From Oscillospiraceae bacterium (GTDB lineage Bacteria > Bacillota > Clostridia > Oscillospirales > Ruminococcaceae), in contig JAFQAX010000037.1 of NCBI GenBank assembly GCA_017399785.1, forward strand, positions 1 through 51,394: DNA of 51,394 nt, written 5' to 3'. Each line of letters opens with the position of its first letter. Position 1 is the first letter of the stretch. The notes beneath the pieces are model-generated. The model was given only the letters and a program-made list of their open reading frames with translations. It was not told the origin of the DNA and did not search any database. A program made the position numbers and the translations under genes. This document shows positions 1-8,205 of this stretch, one piece after another.

Positions 1-54
1 CTGCGGCAAGCCGCAGGGCGGGGATGAAACTTTATGCTATACTTTCAGCTTTTA

Positions 55-1521
55 TCAGCCGATCTCAACACCGGTGTTGGGGTTGGTCACCACAGAATCA
101 ACGGTGCCGCTGTTGTTGTTGGAGTTATTATTGCTGCTGCCATTGCCGTTGATGATGGGGGTGTTCAGCAGGGGAAGCTCTACGTCAGAAATTACATACT
201 TGCCAAGGGTTCTGGTCTTGATAACGAAGTTCTCATCATATTCGTCGTACTCGGCGTTAACTGCCACCAGTCTGCCATCATCCTTAAGCTGATAGAGGTA
301 GGAATCGGGATCAGCTGCAAGATAGAGGGTACCGATTCGGTTGAAGGAAGCACCGTTGCCGTAGAAGAAGTCGAGGTTTGCGTTGGGGTAGATAAGTGCT
401 ACATCGGAGTCAAAGTCAGAGGTTGCGGAAAGCAGGATCTTGCCCTGGCCGTTGGTGTTTACTTCGAAGTAGGTCTCATCGTCGCATTCAAAGGTAAACT
501 CCTCGCTGTCGCCATATTCAAAGCCGTGACCCTCCTTGAAGATCTGAAGGTCCTCGGTGATCTCGCTGTCGGTTGCGGTCTCATATGCCAGCTCCATGTT
601 TACGTCAAGTTCCATCTCGTCGTAATCGAATTCGCCGGACTTTCTCAGCTGGATGGTGCCGGAGATGTCAGCAGCGGTAACGCTGCCGGTGTCCTTGAGG
701 TCGACCTCGATAAAGTAGATGTACTTCTGCGCGATGGATTCGCCAACTACCTTCTTCTTTACCAGCTCAACGCTGTCGATGAGCTTGCCGTTCATCTCCC
801 ACTTGCTCTTGATCTTAACGCCGTCTACTGCGTCGGTCTCGTAAACGTACTTTGCGCCGGAAGCAAGCAGGTTGTCAAGCGCGGTCTGCGCATCGTTCTT
901 TTCGGTCTCGGCGGTGTTCTTTGCCGCCTCGGCAGAAGTTACAAGCGCGTCTGCGTCATTCTTTGCAGTCTCAGCTGCGGTGAAGGCTGCTGCCGCGGTA
1001 TCTGCGATGGTGGTGGATTCGGTCACAGCGGTCGCTGCGTCAGCGGCGGGGGTCAGTGCGGAATCGAATGCTTCCAGAGCATCGTTGTATGCCTGCTGGG
1101 TGCCGGTGCCTGCATTCCATGCGGTTGCTGCGTCGAGCACTGCCTGTGCGTTGCTCTTTGCGGTCTCGGCTGCGGTAAGCGCCTCGGCCTTAGCTGCTGC
1201 GTCGTTTACAGCATTGGTGTGCGCGGAAACTGCGGTGTTGAAAGCTTCGGTCTTTTCGTTAAGAAGTCTTCTTGCTGCCTCGATAGCCTCTGCGGCGTCA
1301 TCGTTGATGGCGCTGAGCAGCGGGAAGTAGATAGTCTCGCCGTAGTCAACTCTCGATACCGCCTGGGAAAGGTCTACCGCGTAGTCGTCGCTGTCATAAA
1401 GATATGCGTTGGTGCTGATGGCACCGATGGGATAAAGCGCGTCGTCATCCTTTGCGAATGCTGCTGCGCCCATGCTCATGACCATTGCGGAAGCAAGGCC
1501 AAAGGAAAGGATCTTTTTCAT
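55..1521 (-). CDS. Secreted/surface protein with signal peptide, Ala-rich helical insert and C-terminal NPNTG motif; function unknown
   Basis: 488-aa ORF with strong RBS (AGGAGG). Sec-type signal MKKILSFGLASAMVMSMGAAAFA, acidic body, Asn/Ser-rich linker, then NPNTGVEIG-stop. Confidence 0.85.
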   Translation of the reverse strand: MKKILSFGLASAMVMSMGAAAFAKDDDALYPIGAISTNAYLYDSDDYAVDLSQAVSRVDYGETIYFPLLSAINDDAAEAIEAARRLLNEKTEAFNTAVSAHTNAVNDAAAKAEALTAAETAKSNAQAVLDAATAWNAGTGTQQAYNDALEAFDSALTPAADAATAVTESTTIADTAAAAFTAAETAKNDADALVTSAEAAKNTAETEKNDAQTALDNLLASGAKYVYETDAVDGVKIKSKWEMNGKLIDSVELVKKKVVGESIAQKYIYFIEVDLKDTGSVTAADISGTIQLRKSGEFDYDEMELDVNMELAYETATDSEITEDLQIFKEGHGFEYGDSEEFTFECDDETYFEVNTNGQGKILLSATSDFDSDVALIYPNANLDFFYGNGASFNRIGTLYLAADPDSYLYQLKDDGRLVAVNAEYDEYDENFVIKTRTLGKYVISDVELPLLNTPIINGNGSSNNNSNNNSGTVDSVVTNPNTGVEIG

Positions 1522-1778
1522 TTAATAATTCCTCCTAAAACTTTTTGCCCTCTGCCGTTATGTCGCACCGCCGTATTGCGGTATATCTGTTATGATGCGG
1601 GCTGTGCGGTACAAGCGCCCGGTTCTCTCCATCCGACCGTTTGTCCTTATCACGCACAATCAGCGCGTTCGGTTACTAAGTGTGCATAGACCGCGGCTTT
1701 TATGCAAAGAGATTTTTGGAAATGACGCAAATTACTGGAATCGCATTAAAAAACGGCTTTACAATGCGGCTTTTACGC

Positions 1779-1813
1779 AAAAAACAACGCCCCGAAATTG
1801 ATCGGAGCGTTGT
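1779..1813 (-). terminator. Intrinsic terminator of copA-csoR
   Basis: Minus-strand stem ACAACGCTCCGA/TCGGGGCGTTGT followed by a T-run, just after the csoR stop. Confidence 0.75.
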
Positions 1814-1820
1814 CTTAAGT

Positions 1821-2084
1821 TCATTTCATCAGTTTTTCAAGCAGCTTCATCAGCTCGTCGGCCTTCTGCTCGGTCTCGCCGCTCTGGGCGGCTTCGATAA
1901 GGCAGCCCTGCATGTGGGCGGAAAGCACCTCGCGGTTGGCGGCGCGTATTACCGCCTCTGCCGCCAGCAGCTGGGTGGAGACATCGATGCAGTAGCGATC
2001 CTCCTCTATCATGCGCAAAACACCTTCCAGCTGACCGCGCGCGGTCTTGACCAGCTGAGCTACTTTTTGTTTGTCGGCACGCAT
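1821..2084 (-). CDS. csoR: Copper-sensing transcriptional repressor, CsoR family
   Basis: Motifs ARGQLEGVLRMIEEDRYCIDVSTQL and HMQGC give the Cys/His/Cys Cu(I) ligand set; directly downstream of copA. Confidence 0.92.
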   Translation of the reverse strand: MRADKQKVAQLVKTARGQLEGVLRMIEEDRYCIDVSTQLLAAEAVIRAANREVLSAHMQGCLIEAAQSGETEQKADELMKLLEKLMK

Positions 2085-2089
2085 AGCAA

Positions 2090-4630
2090 TTACTTATCGG
2101 AAACGCTTACAGGCTCAAAGCCTGCCTCTGCTACAACAGCGGTGAGCGCTTCATCAGCAACGTCGGCAGCAAGGGTGATAACAGCCTGCTTCTCGGCGAG
2201 GTTTACTTCGGCAGCGGTAACGCCTTCAACAGAGGAGAGTGCCTTTTCAACAGCCATCTTGCAGTGGTTGCAGTTCATTCCGTTAACTTTCATGATCTTG
2301 GTCATCGTTTTTTCCTCCACAATTTCAATTTCTTGTTTGATTTCTATTTCAGCGCCCTCGGCCTGCTGCGGCTTGAACAAGCGCAGGCGAAGCGCGTTGG
2401 TAACAACACAGAAGGAGCTCATACTCATGGCGGCGGCACCGAACATGGGGTTGAGCTTGATGGCAAACAGCGGCCAGAACAGACCTGCTGCCAGCGGAAT
2501 ACCGACCGTATTGTAGAAAAACGCCCAGAACAGGTTCATTTTTATATTTTTAATAGTGGCGTTGGAAAGCTGGAGCAGCGATACAACATCCAAAAGGTCG
2601 CTCTTCATCAGCACTATGTCTGCCGACTCGATGGCGATATCGGTACCTGCGCCTATCGCAATGCCGACATCGGCACGGGTAAGGGCGGGGGCGTCGTTGA
2701 TTCCGTCACCGACCATGGCGACCTTTTTGCCCTGCTGCTGCAGTGCGTATATCTCTCGCTCCTTATCCTGCGGCATGACCTCGGCTACTACGCGGGTTAT
2801 ATCCAGCTGGCGGCGGATGGCCTCGGCGGTCTTTTTGTTGTCACCGGTCAGCATAATGACCTCAACGCCCATATCTCTAAGCGCCTTTATCGCCTGATGG
2901 CTGGTGGCCTTGACTACGTCTGCGGCGGCGATTACGCCGATAAGTTTGTCGCCCTTTGCAAAGTAAAGGGGAGTTTTGCCCTCATCGGCAAGGTTGTCGC
3001 AGCGATCGATATAAGCCGAGCAATCGACATTGTTTTCGGTCATATAGGCAAGGTTGCCTGCCAAGCAGCGAACGCCGTCGATATCGGCAGCAACGCCACG
3101 ACCCGAAACTGCCTCAAAATTCTCCGCCTGCGCGGGCTTTATCCCCTTTTCAGCGCAGTATACGCAAACTGCCTCTGCCAGCGGATGCTCCGAGCTGTTT
3201 TCAAGGGTTACGGCAACTTTTAAAAGTTCTTTTTCATCTTCACAGAAAAGGTCGGTAACTCTGGGCTTGCCCTCGGTGATGGTGCCGGTCTTATCCAGCA
3301 CAACGGCATTGATGCTGTGGGCGGTTTCAAGCGCTTCGGCGGATTTGATGAGTATGCCGAGATTTGCCGCCTTTCCGGTTGCGACCATAATAGCAACGGG
3401 GGTTGCAAGTCCCAGTGCGCAGGGACAGGAGATTACCAGTACAGCTATTGCACAGGAAAGCGCAAACTCAAAGGTCTGTCCCACTGCCAGCCAAATGCCG
3501 GCAGTGATAACTGCTATGGTGATTACGGTGGGGACGAAAATGCCGCTTATCTTGTCGGCAAGGCGGGCGATGGGCGCCTTGGAGCTGCCTGCCTCTTCGA
3601 CAAGGCGGACTATCTGCGCAAGGGTGGTGTCGTCGCCGACACGCTGCGCCTCAAATTTAAAGTAGCCGGTCTTGTTGATGGTGGCGGCGATGACCTTGTC
3701 GCCAACCGTTTTTTCAACGGGGATGCTCTCGCCGGTCAGCGCCGACTGGTCAATCGCCGAAGAACCTTCGACGATAACGCCGTCAACAGCTATGCTCTGT
3801 CCGGGGCGGACCACCACGATATCACCCTTTACAACATCGGCAACGGGTATCTCCTGCTCCACACCGCCTCTGACAACGATAGCGGTCTTGGGGGCAAGGT
3901 CGAGCAGCTTGGCGATAGCCTCGCCGGTTTTACCCTTAGAGCGGGTCTCAAGGAATTTGCCGACGGTGATGAGCGTCAAAATAGTTGCTGCCGACTCAAA
4001 GTAAAGGTCCATGTGATAGCGTGCCACCAGCTCCATATCGCCGGTGCCAAAGCCGTGACCGATGCGGTAGATGGCGAAAACGCCATAAACAACAGCGGCA
4101 GTCGAACCTATCGCGATAAGCGAATCCATGTTGGGGGCACCGTGCAGCAGCGTTTTAAATCCCACCTGGAAAAACTTGCGGTTGATATACATTATCGGTA
4201 AGGTGAGCAAAAACTGGGTGAAGGCAAAAGCCAGCGCGCCCGAATGTCCCTGCATAAACTGCGGGATGGGCAATCCCATCATGTGTCCCATCGAAATGTA
4301 AAACAGCGGCAGAAAGAATATCACCGAAAGAATGAGACGGTGACGCATCGAAGCAAGCTCCTCTTCGGCGGCGCTGGTGGTCGCCTCGGTGGCGGAAGAA
4401 GCTTTTGAAGGGTTATTCTGTCCGTGTACAGCCGCGCCGTAGCCAGCAGCGGTAACAGCGGCGATTATGGCTCCGTCATTTAACAGCGACTCATCATATT
4501 CGGCGGTCATACGGTTGGCAAGCAGATTTACATTTACATCCGATATTCCGTTTAATTTTTTTACCGCACGCTCAACGTTTGCCGAGCAGGCGGAACAGGT
4601 CATACCTGTAACATCAAAAGTCTGTTTCAT
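2090..4630 (-). CDS. copA: Copper-translocating P1B-type ATPase with N- and C-terminal HMA domains
   Basis: GMTCSAC at the N-terminus, TGES, CPCALGLATP, DKTGT, HP, GDGINDAP, YN and MSMSS Cu+ motifs, and C-terminal GMNCNHC. ATG at 4630 chosen from GGAGG spacing. Confidence 0.95.
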   Translation of the reverse strand: MKQTFDVTGMTCSACSANVERAVKKLNGISDVNVNLLANRMTAEYDESLLNDGAIIAAVTAAGYGAAVHGQNNPSKASSATEATTSAAEEELASMRHRLILSVIFFLPLFYISMGHMMGLPIPQFMQGHSGALAFAFTQFLLTLPIMYINRKFFQVGFKTLLHGAPNMDSLIAIGSTAAVVYGVFAIYRIGHGFGTGDMELVARYHMDLYFESAATILTLITVGKFLETRSKGKTGEAIAKLLDLAPKTAIVVRGGVEQEIPVADVVKGDIVVVRPGQSIAVDGVIVEGSSAIDQSALTGESIPVEKTVGDKVIAATINKTGYFKFEAQRVGDDTTLAQIVRLVEEAGSSKAPIARLADKISGIFVPTVITIAVITAGIWLAVGQTFEFALSCAIAVLVISCPCALGLATPVAIMVATGKAANLGILIKSAEALETAHSINAVVLDKTGTITEGKPRVTDLFCEDEKELLKVAVTLENSSEHPLAEAVCVYCAEKGIKPAQAENFEAVSGRGVAADIDGVRCLAGNLAYMTENNVDCSAYIDRCDNLADEGKTPLYFAKGDKLIGVIAAADVVKATSHQAIKALRDMGVEVIMLTGDNKKTAEAIRRQLDITRVVAEVMPQDKEREIYALQQQGKKVAMVGDGINDAPALTRADVGIAIGAGTDIAIESADIVLMKSDLLDVVSLLQLSNATIKNIKMNLFWAFFYNTVGIPLAAGLFWPLFAIKLNPMFGAAAMSMSSFCVVTNALRLRLFKPQQAEGAEIEIKQEIEIVEEKTMTKIMKVNGMNCNHCKMAVEKALSSVEGVTAAEVNLAEKQAVITLAADVADEALTAVVAEAGFEPVSVSDK

Positions 4631-4641
4631 ACAATACACCT

Positions 4642-4670
4642 CCTATACCCCACCCCCCTGGGGTGGTCAA
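4642..4670 (-). promoter_or_regulatory. copA promoter with CsoR-type G/C-tract operator
   Basis: TTGACC-N17-TATAGG, overlapped by the inverted repeat CCACCCC..GGGGTGG and GGGGTAT, resembling known CsoR operators. Confidence 0.65.
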
Positions 4671-4780
4671 TTTAATAGTAACATATATCTTTTTGCCAGT
4701 CAAGGGTCTCTAACTCAAAAATATTATTGGCGGTATTATAAGCAAAAAATCACCCGCCTGAAATCAGGCGAGCGCAGGTG

Positions 4781-4836
4781 CAAAACGCAACCCCCGCGCG
4801 GCATCCGCCGCGCCGCCCCCTCCGCCAGGGGGCGTT
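4781..4836 (-). repeat. Dispersed two-hairpin palindromic repeat (family C); reverse complement of 41388-41444
   Basis: CAAAACGCAACCCCCGCGCGGCATCCGCCGCGCCGCCCCCT..AGGGGGCGTT matches the 41.4 kb copy except for one substitution and the loop. Confidence 0.85.
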
Positions 4837-4885
4837 CAAGGTATAATTATTTTTGAAAAATCACCTTTAAAACTTTCTCCTCAAT

Positions 4886-4932
4886 AAAAGTAAACTGCGC
4901 CTTCCCGCCAAAATTCAGGCAGAAAGGCGCAG
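4886..4932 (-). terminator. Intrinsic terminator of nudF-fba
   Basis: Minus-strand stem CTGCGCCTTTCTGCC/GGCGGGAAGGCGCAG followed by TTTACTTTT. Confidence 0.65.
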
Positions 4933-4949
4933 CATCAGCGATTAAGTTA

Positions 4950-5885
4950 TCAAAGCTTGCCGGAGCAGCCGAGAACATACTGCATCTTGTGGGCAACAAC
5001 TTCCTTAACGGCGTTTCTTGCGTCGGTAAGATACTGTCTGGGATCGAAGTGATCGGGATGGTCAACCAAGTGCTTTCTTACTGCAGCGGTCATAGCAAGG
5101 CGGATGTCGGAGTCGATGTTGATCTTGCAGACAGCCATCTTGGAAGCCTGAAGCAGCATTTCCTCGGGAATGCCGATAGCGCCGGGCATCTTGCCGCCGT
5201 TGGCGTTAACTATCTCAACATATTCCTGCATAACGGAGGAAGCACCGTGCAGAACGATGGGGAAGCCGGGCAGTCTTCTTTCAACTTCCTCAAGGATGTC
5301 AAATCTCAGCTGGGGCTTCTGTCCGGGCTTGAACTTGAATGCGCCGTGGCTGGTGCCGATAGCGATTGCAAGCGAATCAACGCCGGTCTTGGTTACAAAT
5401 TCCTCAACCTGTGCGGGATCGGTGTAAGAGGAATCCTCAGCCGAAACGTTTACGTCATCCTCGATGCCTGCAAGACGGCCAAGCTCGCCTTCTACGGTAA
5501 CGCCGCGCGCGTGAGCATATTCAACGACCTCGCGGGTGATCTTGATGTTATCCTCAAAGCTGTGCTTGCTGCCGTCGATCATAACGGAGGTGAATCCGCC
5601 GTCGATGCAGGACTTGCAGATCTCAAAATTCTCGCCGTGGTCAAGGTGAAGAGCGATATCGAGACCGGTCTCCATCATAGCGGCCTCAACCAGCTTTACA
5701 AGATAGTTGTGCTTTGCATATTTTCTTGCGCCTGCCGAAACCTGAAGGATAAGGGGGGCCTTCTGCTCCATAGCGGCCTCGGTGATGCCCTGGATTATCT
5801 CCATATTGTTAACGTTGAAAGCGCCGATGGCGTAGCCGCCTTCGTAAGCCTTTTTGAACATCTCGGTAGTATTTACCAGTGCCAA
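4950..5885 (-). CDS. fba: Class II fructose-1,6-bisphosphate aldolase
   Basis: GYAIGAFNVNNME, LHLDHG, SVMIDGS, VEGELG, AIGTSHG, VLHGASS and KINIDSD motifs; TTG start. Confidence 0.95.
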   Translation of the reverse strand: MALVNTTEMFKKAYEGGYAIGAFNVNNMEIIQGITEAAMEQKAPLILQVSAGARKYAKHNYLVKLVEAAMMETGLDIALHLDHGENFEICKSCIDGGFTSVMIDGSKHSFEDNIKITREVVEYAHARGVTVEGELGRLAGIEDDVNVSAEDSSYTDPAQVEEFVTKTGVDSLAIAIGTSHGAFKFKPGQKPQLRFDILEEVERRLPGFPIVLHGASSVMQEYVEIVNANGGKMPGAIGIPEEMLLQASKMAVCKINIDSDIRLAMTAAVRKHLVDHPDHFDPRQYLTDARNAVKEVVAHKMQYVLGCSGKL

Positions 5886-6425
5886 TTAAACCAACTCCTG
5901 TCTAATGTTATTTATCTTTAAAATACCGATCTGCGTTTTGCTGTCGGTAATTTCTCCGTTCATTACCATGTCGAATGCGGTGGCGAAATCGACATGCTCG
6001 ACCGAAAGGAATTCATCCTCATCGAGATGCTGTTTGTCGGGGGTAAGGTTCTCGGCGTAAAAAAGGTACTGCGCTTCCGAGCTGTAGGCCGCGATGGGAT
6101 AAACCACACCCAATTCGGTAAGTTTTCCCGCGCGGTATCCCGTTTCCTCCACCAGCTCTCTGGCGGCGCACTGCTCAGGCGTTTCGCCGGGGTCTATCTT
6201 TCCTGCCGGGATCTCTAAAAGCTCCTGGCCGATGGCATAGCGATATTGACGAACCATCAAAAGTCGGTTGTTTTCATCAAACGCTATTACTGCGGCGGCG
6301 CCGTTGTGATGGATTATCTCTCTGACAGCCTGCTTTCCGTTTTCCAGCAAAACGCTGTCTGAAGTAACATGCAGCAGCTTGCCCGAAAAAACTTCTTTAC
6401 TGTCAACCTTTATCTCGATAGACAA
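5886..6425 (-). CDS. nudF: NUDIX hydrolase, ADP-ribose pyrophosphatase-like
   Basis: Nudix box GKIDPGETPEQCAARELVEETGY, plus VRQYRY and LDEDEFL ADPRase features. Confidence 0.85.
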   Translation of the reverse strand: MSIEIKVDSKEVFSGKLLHVTSDSVLLENGKQAVREIIHHNGAAAVIAFDENNRLLMVRQYRYAIGQELLEIPAGKIDPGETPEQCAARELVEETGYRAGKLTELGVVYPIAAYSSEAQYLFYAENLTPDKQHLDEDEFLSVEHVDFATAFDMVMNGEITDSKTQIGILKINNIRQELV

Positions 6426-6448
6426 TGGAATCCCCTCCCTATCCTTAT

Positions 6449-6477
6449 ATTCTAACTGGTTTCAGGAGAAAAATCAA
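6449..6477 (-). promoter_or_regulatory. Sigma-A promoter of nudF-fba
   Basis: TTGATT-N17-TAGAAT on the minus strand, upstream of the RBS. Confidence 0.6.
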
Positions 6478-6483
6478 TTATTC

Positions 6484-6513
6484 TTGTCATATTGGCGGTG
6501 TTTCGTCTATAAT
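6484..6513 (+). promoter_or_regulatory. Sigma-A promoter of the TrxB-like/SDR operon (back-to-back with the nudF promoter)
   Basis: TTGTCA-N18-TATAAT. Confidence 0.65.
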
Positions 6514-6548
6514 AAAGACAGATATCGCAAAAGAAAGGAAGATGACCG

Positions 6549-7409
6549 ATGTATGACGTAATTTTGGTGGGACACGGACCTGCCGCCGTATCGGCCGCCC
6601 TTTATTTAAGAAGAGCCAACAAAACTGCCGCCCTTATCGGCAAGGATTTCGGCGCTTTGGAAAAAGCCGAAAAGATCGAAAACTATTTTGGTCTTTCCGC
6701 CCCGCTTTCGGGAATCGAGCTTGCCAAGACCGGCCTTGAGCAGGCAAATGCGCTGGGCGCAGATATAATCGAGGACGAAATTTTTGACATAAGCTGGATG
6801 GGCGATTTTACCCTGACCGGCAAAAAGCAGAGCTATCAGGCAAAATCGGTCGTCATCGCCTGCGGCTCGGCACGAAAGACGCTGCCGATAAAGGGCATGG
6901 CTGAACACGAGGGTAAAGGCGTCAGCTACTGCGCCGTCTGCGATGCCTTTTTCTACCGCGGCAAGACGGTCGGCGTGCTTGGCGCGGGCGGATATGCCCT
7001 GCACGAACTGGAACACCTTTTAAACGTAGTCGAAAAGGCATACCTTTTCACCAACGGCGAACCTGCTCCTGAAAATCTGCCCGATAAAACCACCGCCATC
7101 ACCGAAAAGATAGTTGAAGTATGCGGCGAAAACATCGTTGACAGCGTGCTGCTGCAAAACGGCGAGAAGATAGACCTTTCGGGACTGTTTGTGGCGCTGG
7201 GAAGCGCCTCCGCCGCCGATTTCGCCCGCAAGCTTGGCGTTCCGGTTGAAAACGGCGTTATTCTGGTGGATGAGAAGATGTGCACCATGGTGGAAGGCCT
7301 TTTTGCCGCCGGCGACTGCATTGGCGGATTAAAGCAGGTCGCCACCGCCGTAGCCGAAGGCGCGCAGGCCGCCATGTCGGTCATCGCATTCCTTAACAAG
7401 GGGAAATGA
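6549..7409 (+). CDS. Thioredoxin reductase-like NAD(P)/FAD disulfide oxidoreductase
   Basis: GHGPAAVSAA FAD motif, GKGVSYCAVCD redox CxxC, GLFAAGDC and QVATAVAEGAQAA. Confidence 0.9.
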   Translation: MYDVILVGHGPAAVSAALYLRRANKTAALIGKDFGALEKAEKIENYFGLSAPLSGIELAKTGLEQANALGADIIEDEIFDISWMGDFTLTGKKQSYQAKSVVIACGSARKTLPIKGMAEHEGKGVSYCAVCDAFFYRGKTVGVLGAGGYALHELEHLLNVVEKAYLFTNGEPAPENLPDKTTAITEKIVEVCGENIVDSVLLQNGEKIDLSGLFVALGSASAADFARKLGVPVENGVILVDEKMCTMVEGLFAAGDCIGGLKQVATAVAEGAQAAMSVIAFLNKGK

Positions 7410-8134
7410 GCATGAAAACAGTATTTATCACCGGCGGTTCCCGCGGGATCGGCTCCGCCGCAGTGAGAAAATTTTATAATGAGGGCTGGAAGGTCGCTTT
7501 TTGCTACCGCCATTCTGAAGATAAAGCGCAGCAGCTGGTAAAGGAGCTGCCCGGTGTCATCGCCCTTTGCGGCGACATAGCTGATGCCGATTCGGCAAAC
7601 CGCCTTTGCCGTGAGGCGCTGGAAAAACTCGGACATATCGACGCGCTGGTTTTAAACGCCGCCGCAGCGCTGCCGCAAAAGCTCATCACCGACGTCACCC
7701 TCGACGAATGGGACAGCCTTTTCGCAGCTGATCTGCGCTCGGTGTTCGTGATGACCAAGGCAATACTGCCCGACATGATAAACCGCAAGAGCGGCTCGAT
7801 AGTCACCCTTTCCTCTATGTGGGGAGAGGTCGGCGGCAGCTGCGAGGTCGCTTACTCCGCCGCCAAAGCAGGTGTAATCGGCTTTACCAAGGCGCTTGCC
7901 AAGGAGGTCGGTCCCTCCGGCATCAGAGTAAACTGCGTTTCACCCGGCGTTATCAATACCGACATGAACGCCCATCTTTCGGATGAGGATATGCAGGCGC
8001 TCGCCGACGAAACTCCGCTTTGCGCCCTTGGCGCTCCCGAACAGGTCGCTGACGCAATCTATATGCTCTGCAGCAACAGCGCCTCTTTCATCACCGGTCA
8101 GGTACTGGGGGTAAACGGCGGACTGGTCATTTAA
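7406..8134 (+). CDS. Short-chain dehydrogenase/reductase, FabG/YmfI-like
   Basis: TGGSRGIG and catalytic YSAAK; the SSMWGEVGGSCEVAYS segment is typical of the YmfI subgroup. Start may be 7412. Confidence 0.88.
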   Translation: MSMKTVFITGGSRGIGSAAVRKFYNEGWKVAFCYRHSEDKAQQLVKELPGVIALCGDIADADSANRLCREALEKLGHIDALVLNAAAALPQKLITDVTLDEWDSLFAADLRSVFVMTKAILPDMINRKSGSIVTLSSMWGEVGGSCEVAYSAAKAGVIGFTKALAKEVGPSGIRVNCVSPGVINTDMNAHLSDEDMQALADETPLCALGAPEQVADAIYMLCSNSASFITGQVLGVNGGLVI

Positions 8135-8173
8135 CGATTGTACCAAAGTACATATAAAATATCTGTCGAAAGC

Positions 8174-8205
8174 AAAAATCCGCAGTTTGATACTGCGGAT
8201 TTTTT
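8174..8205. terminator. Bidirectional terminator between convergent SDR and dinB
   Basis: AAAAATCCGCAGT-ttgat-ACTGCGGATTTTT, with A/T tails on both sides. Confidence 0.8.

Noticed and set aside
1-25. Hairpin CTGCGGCAAGCCGCAG at the window edge
   Set aside because: Truncated by the boundary; a terminator cannot be told apart from another repeat family.
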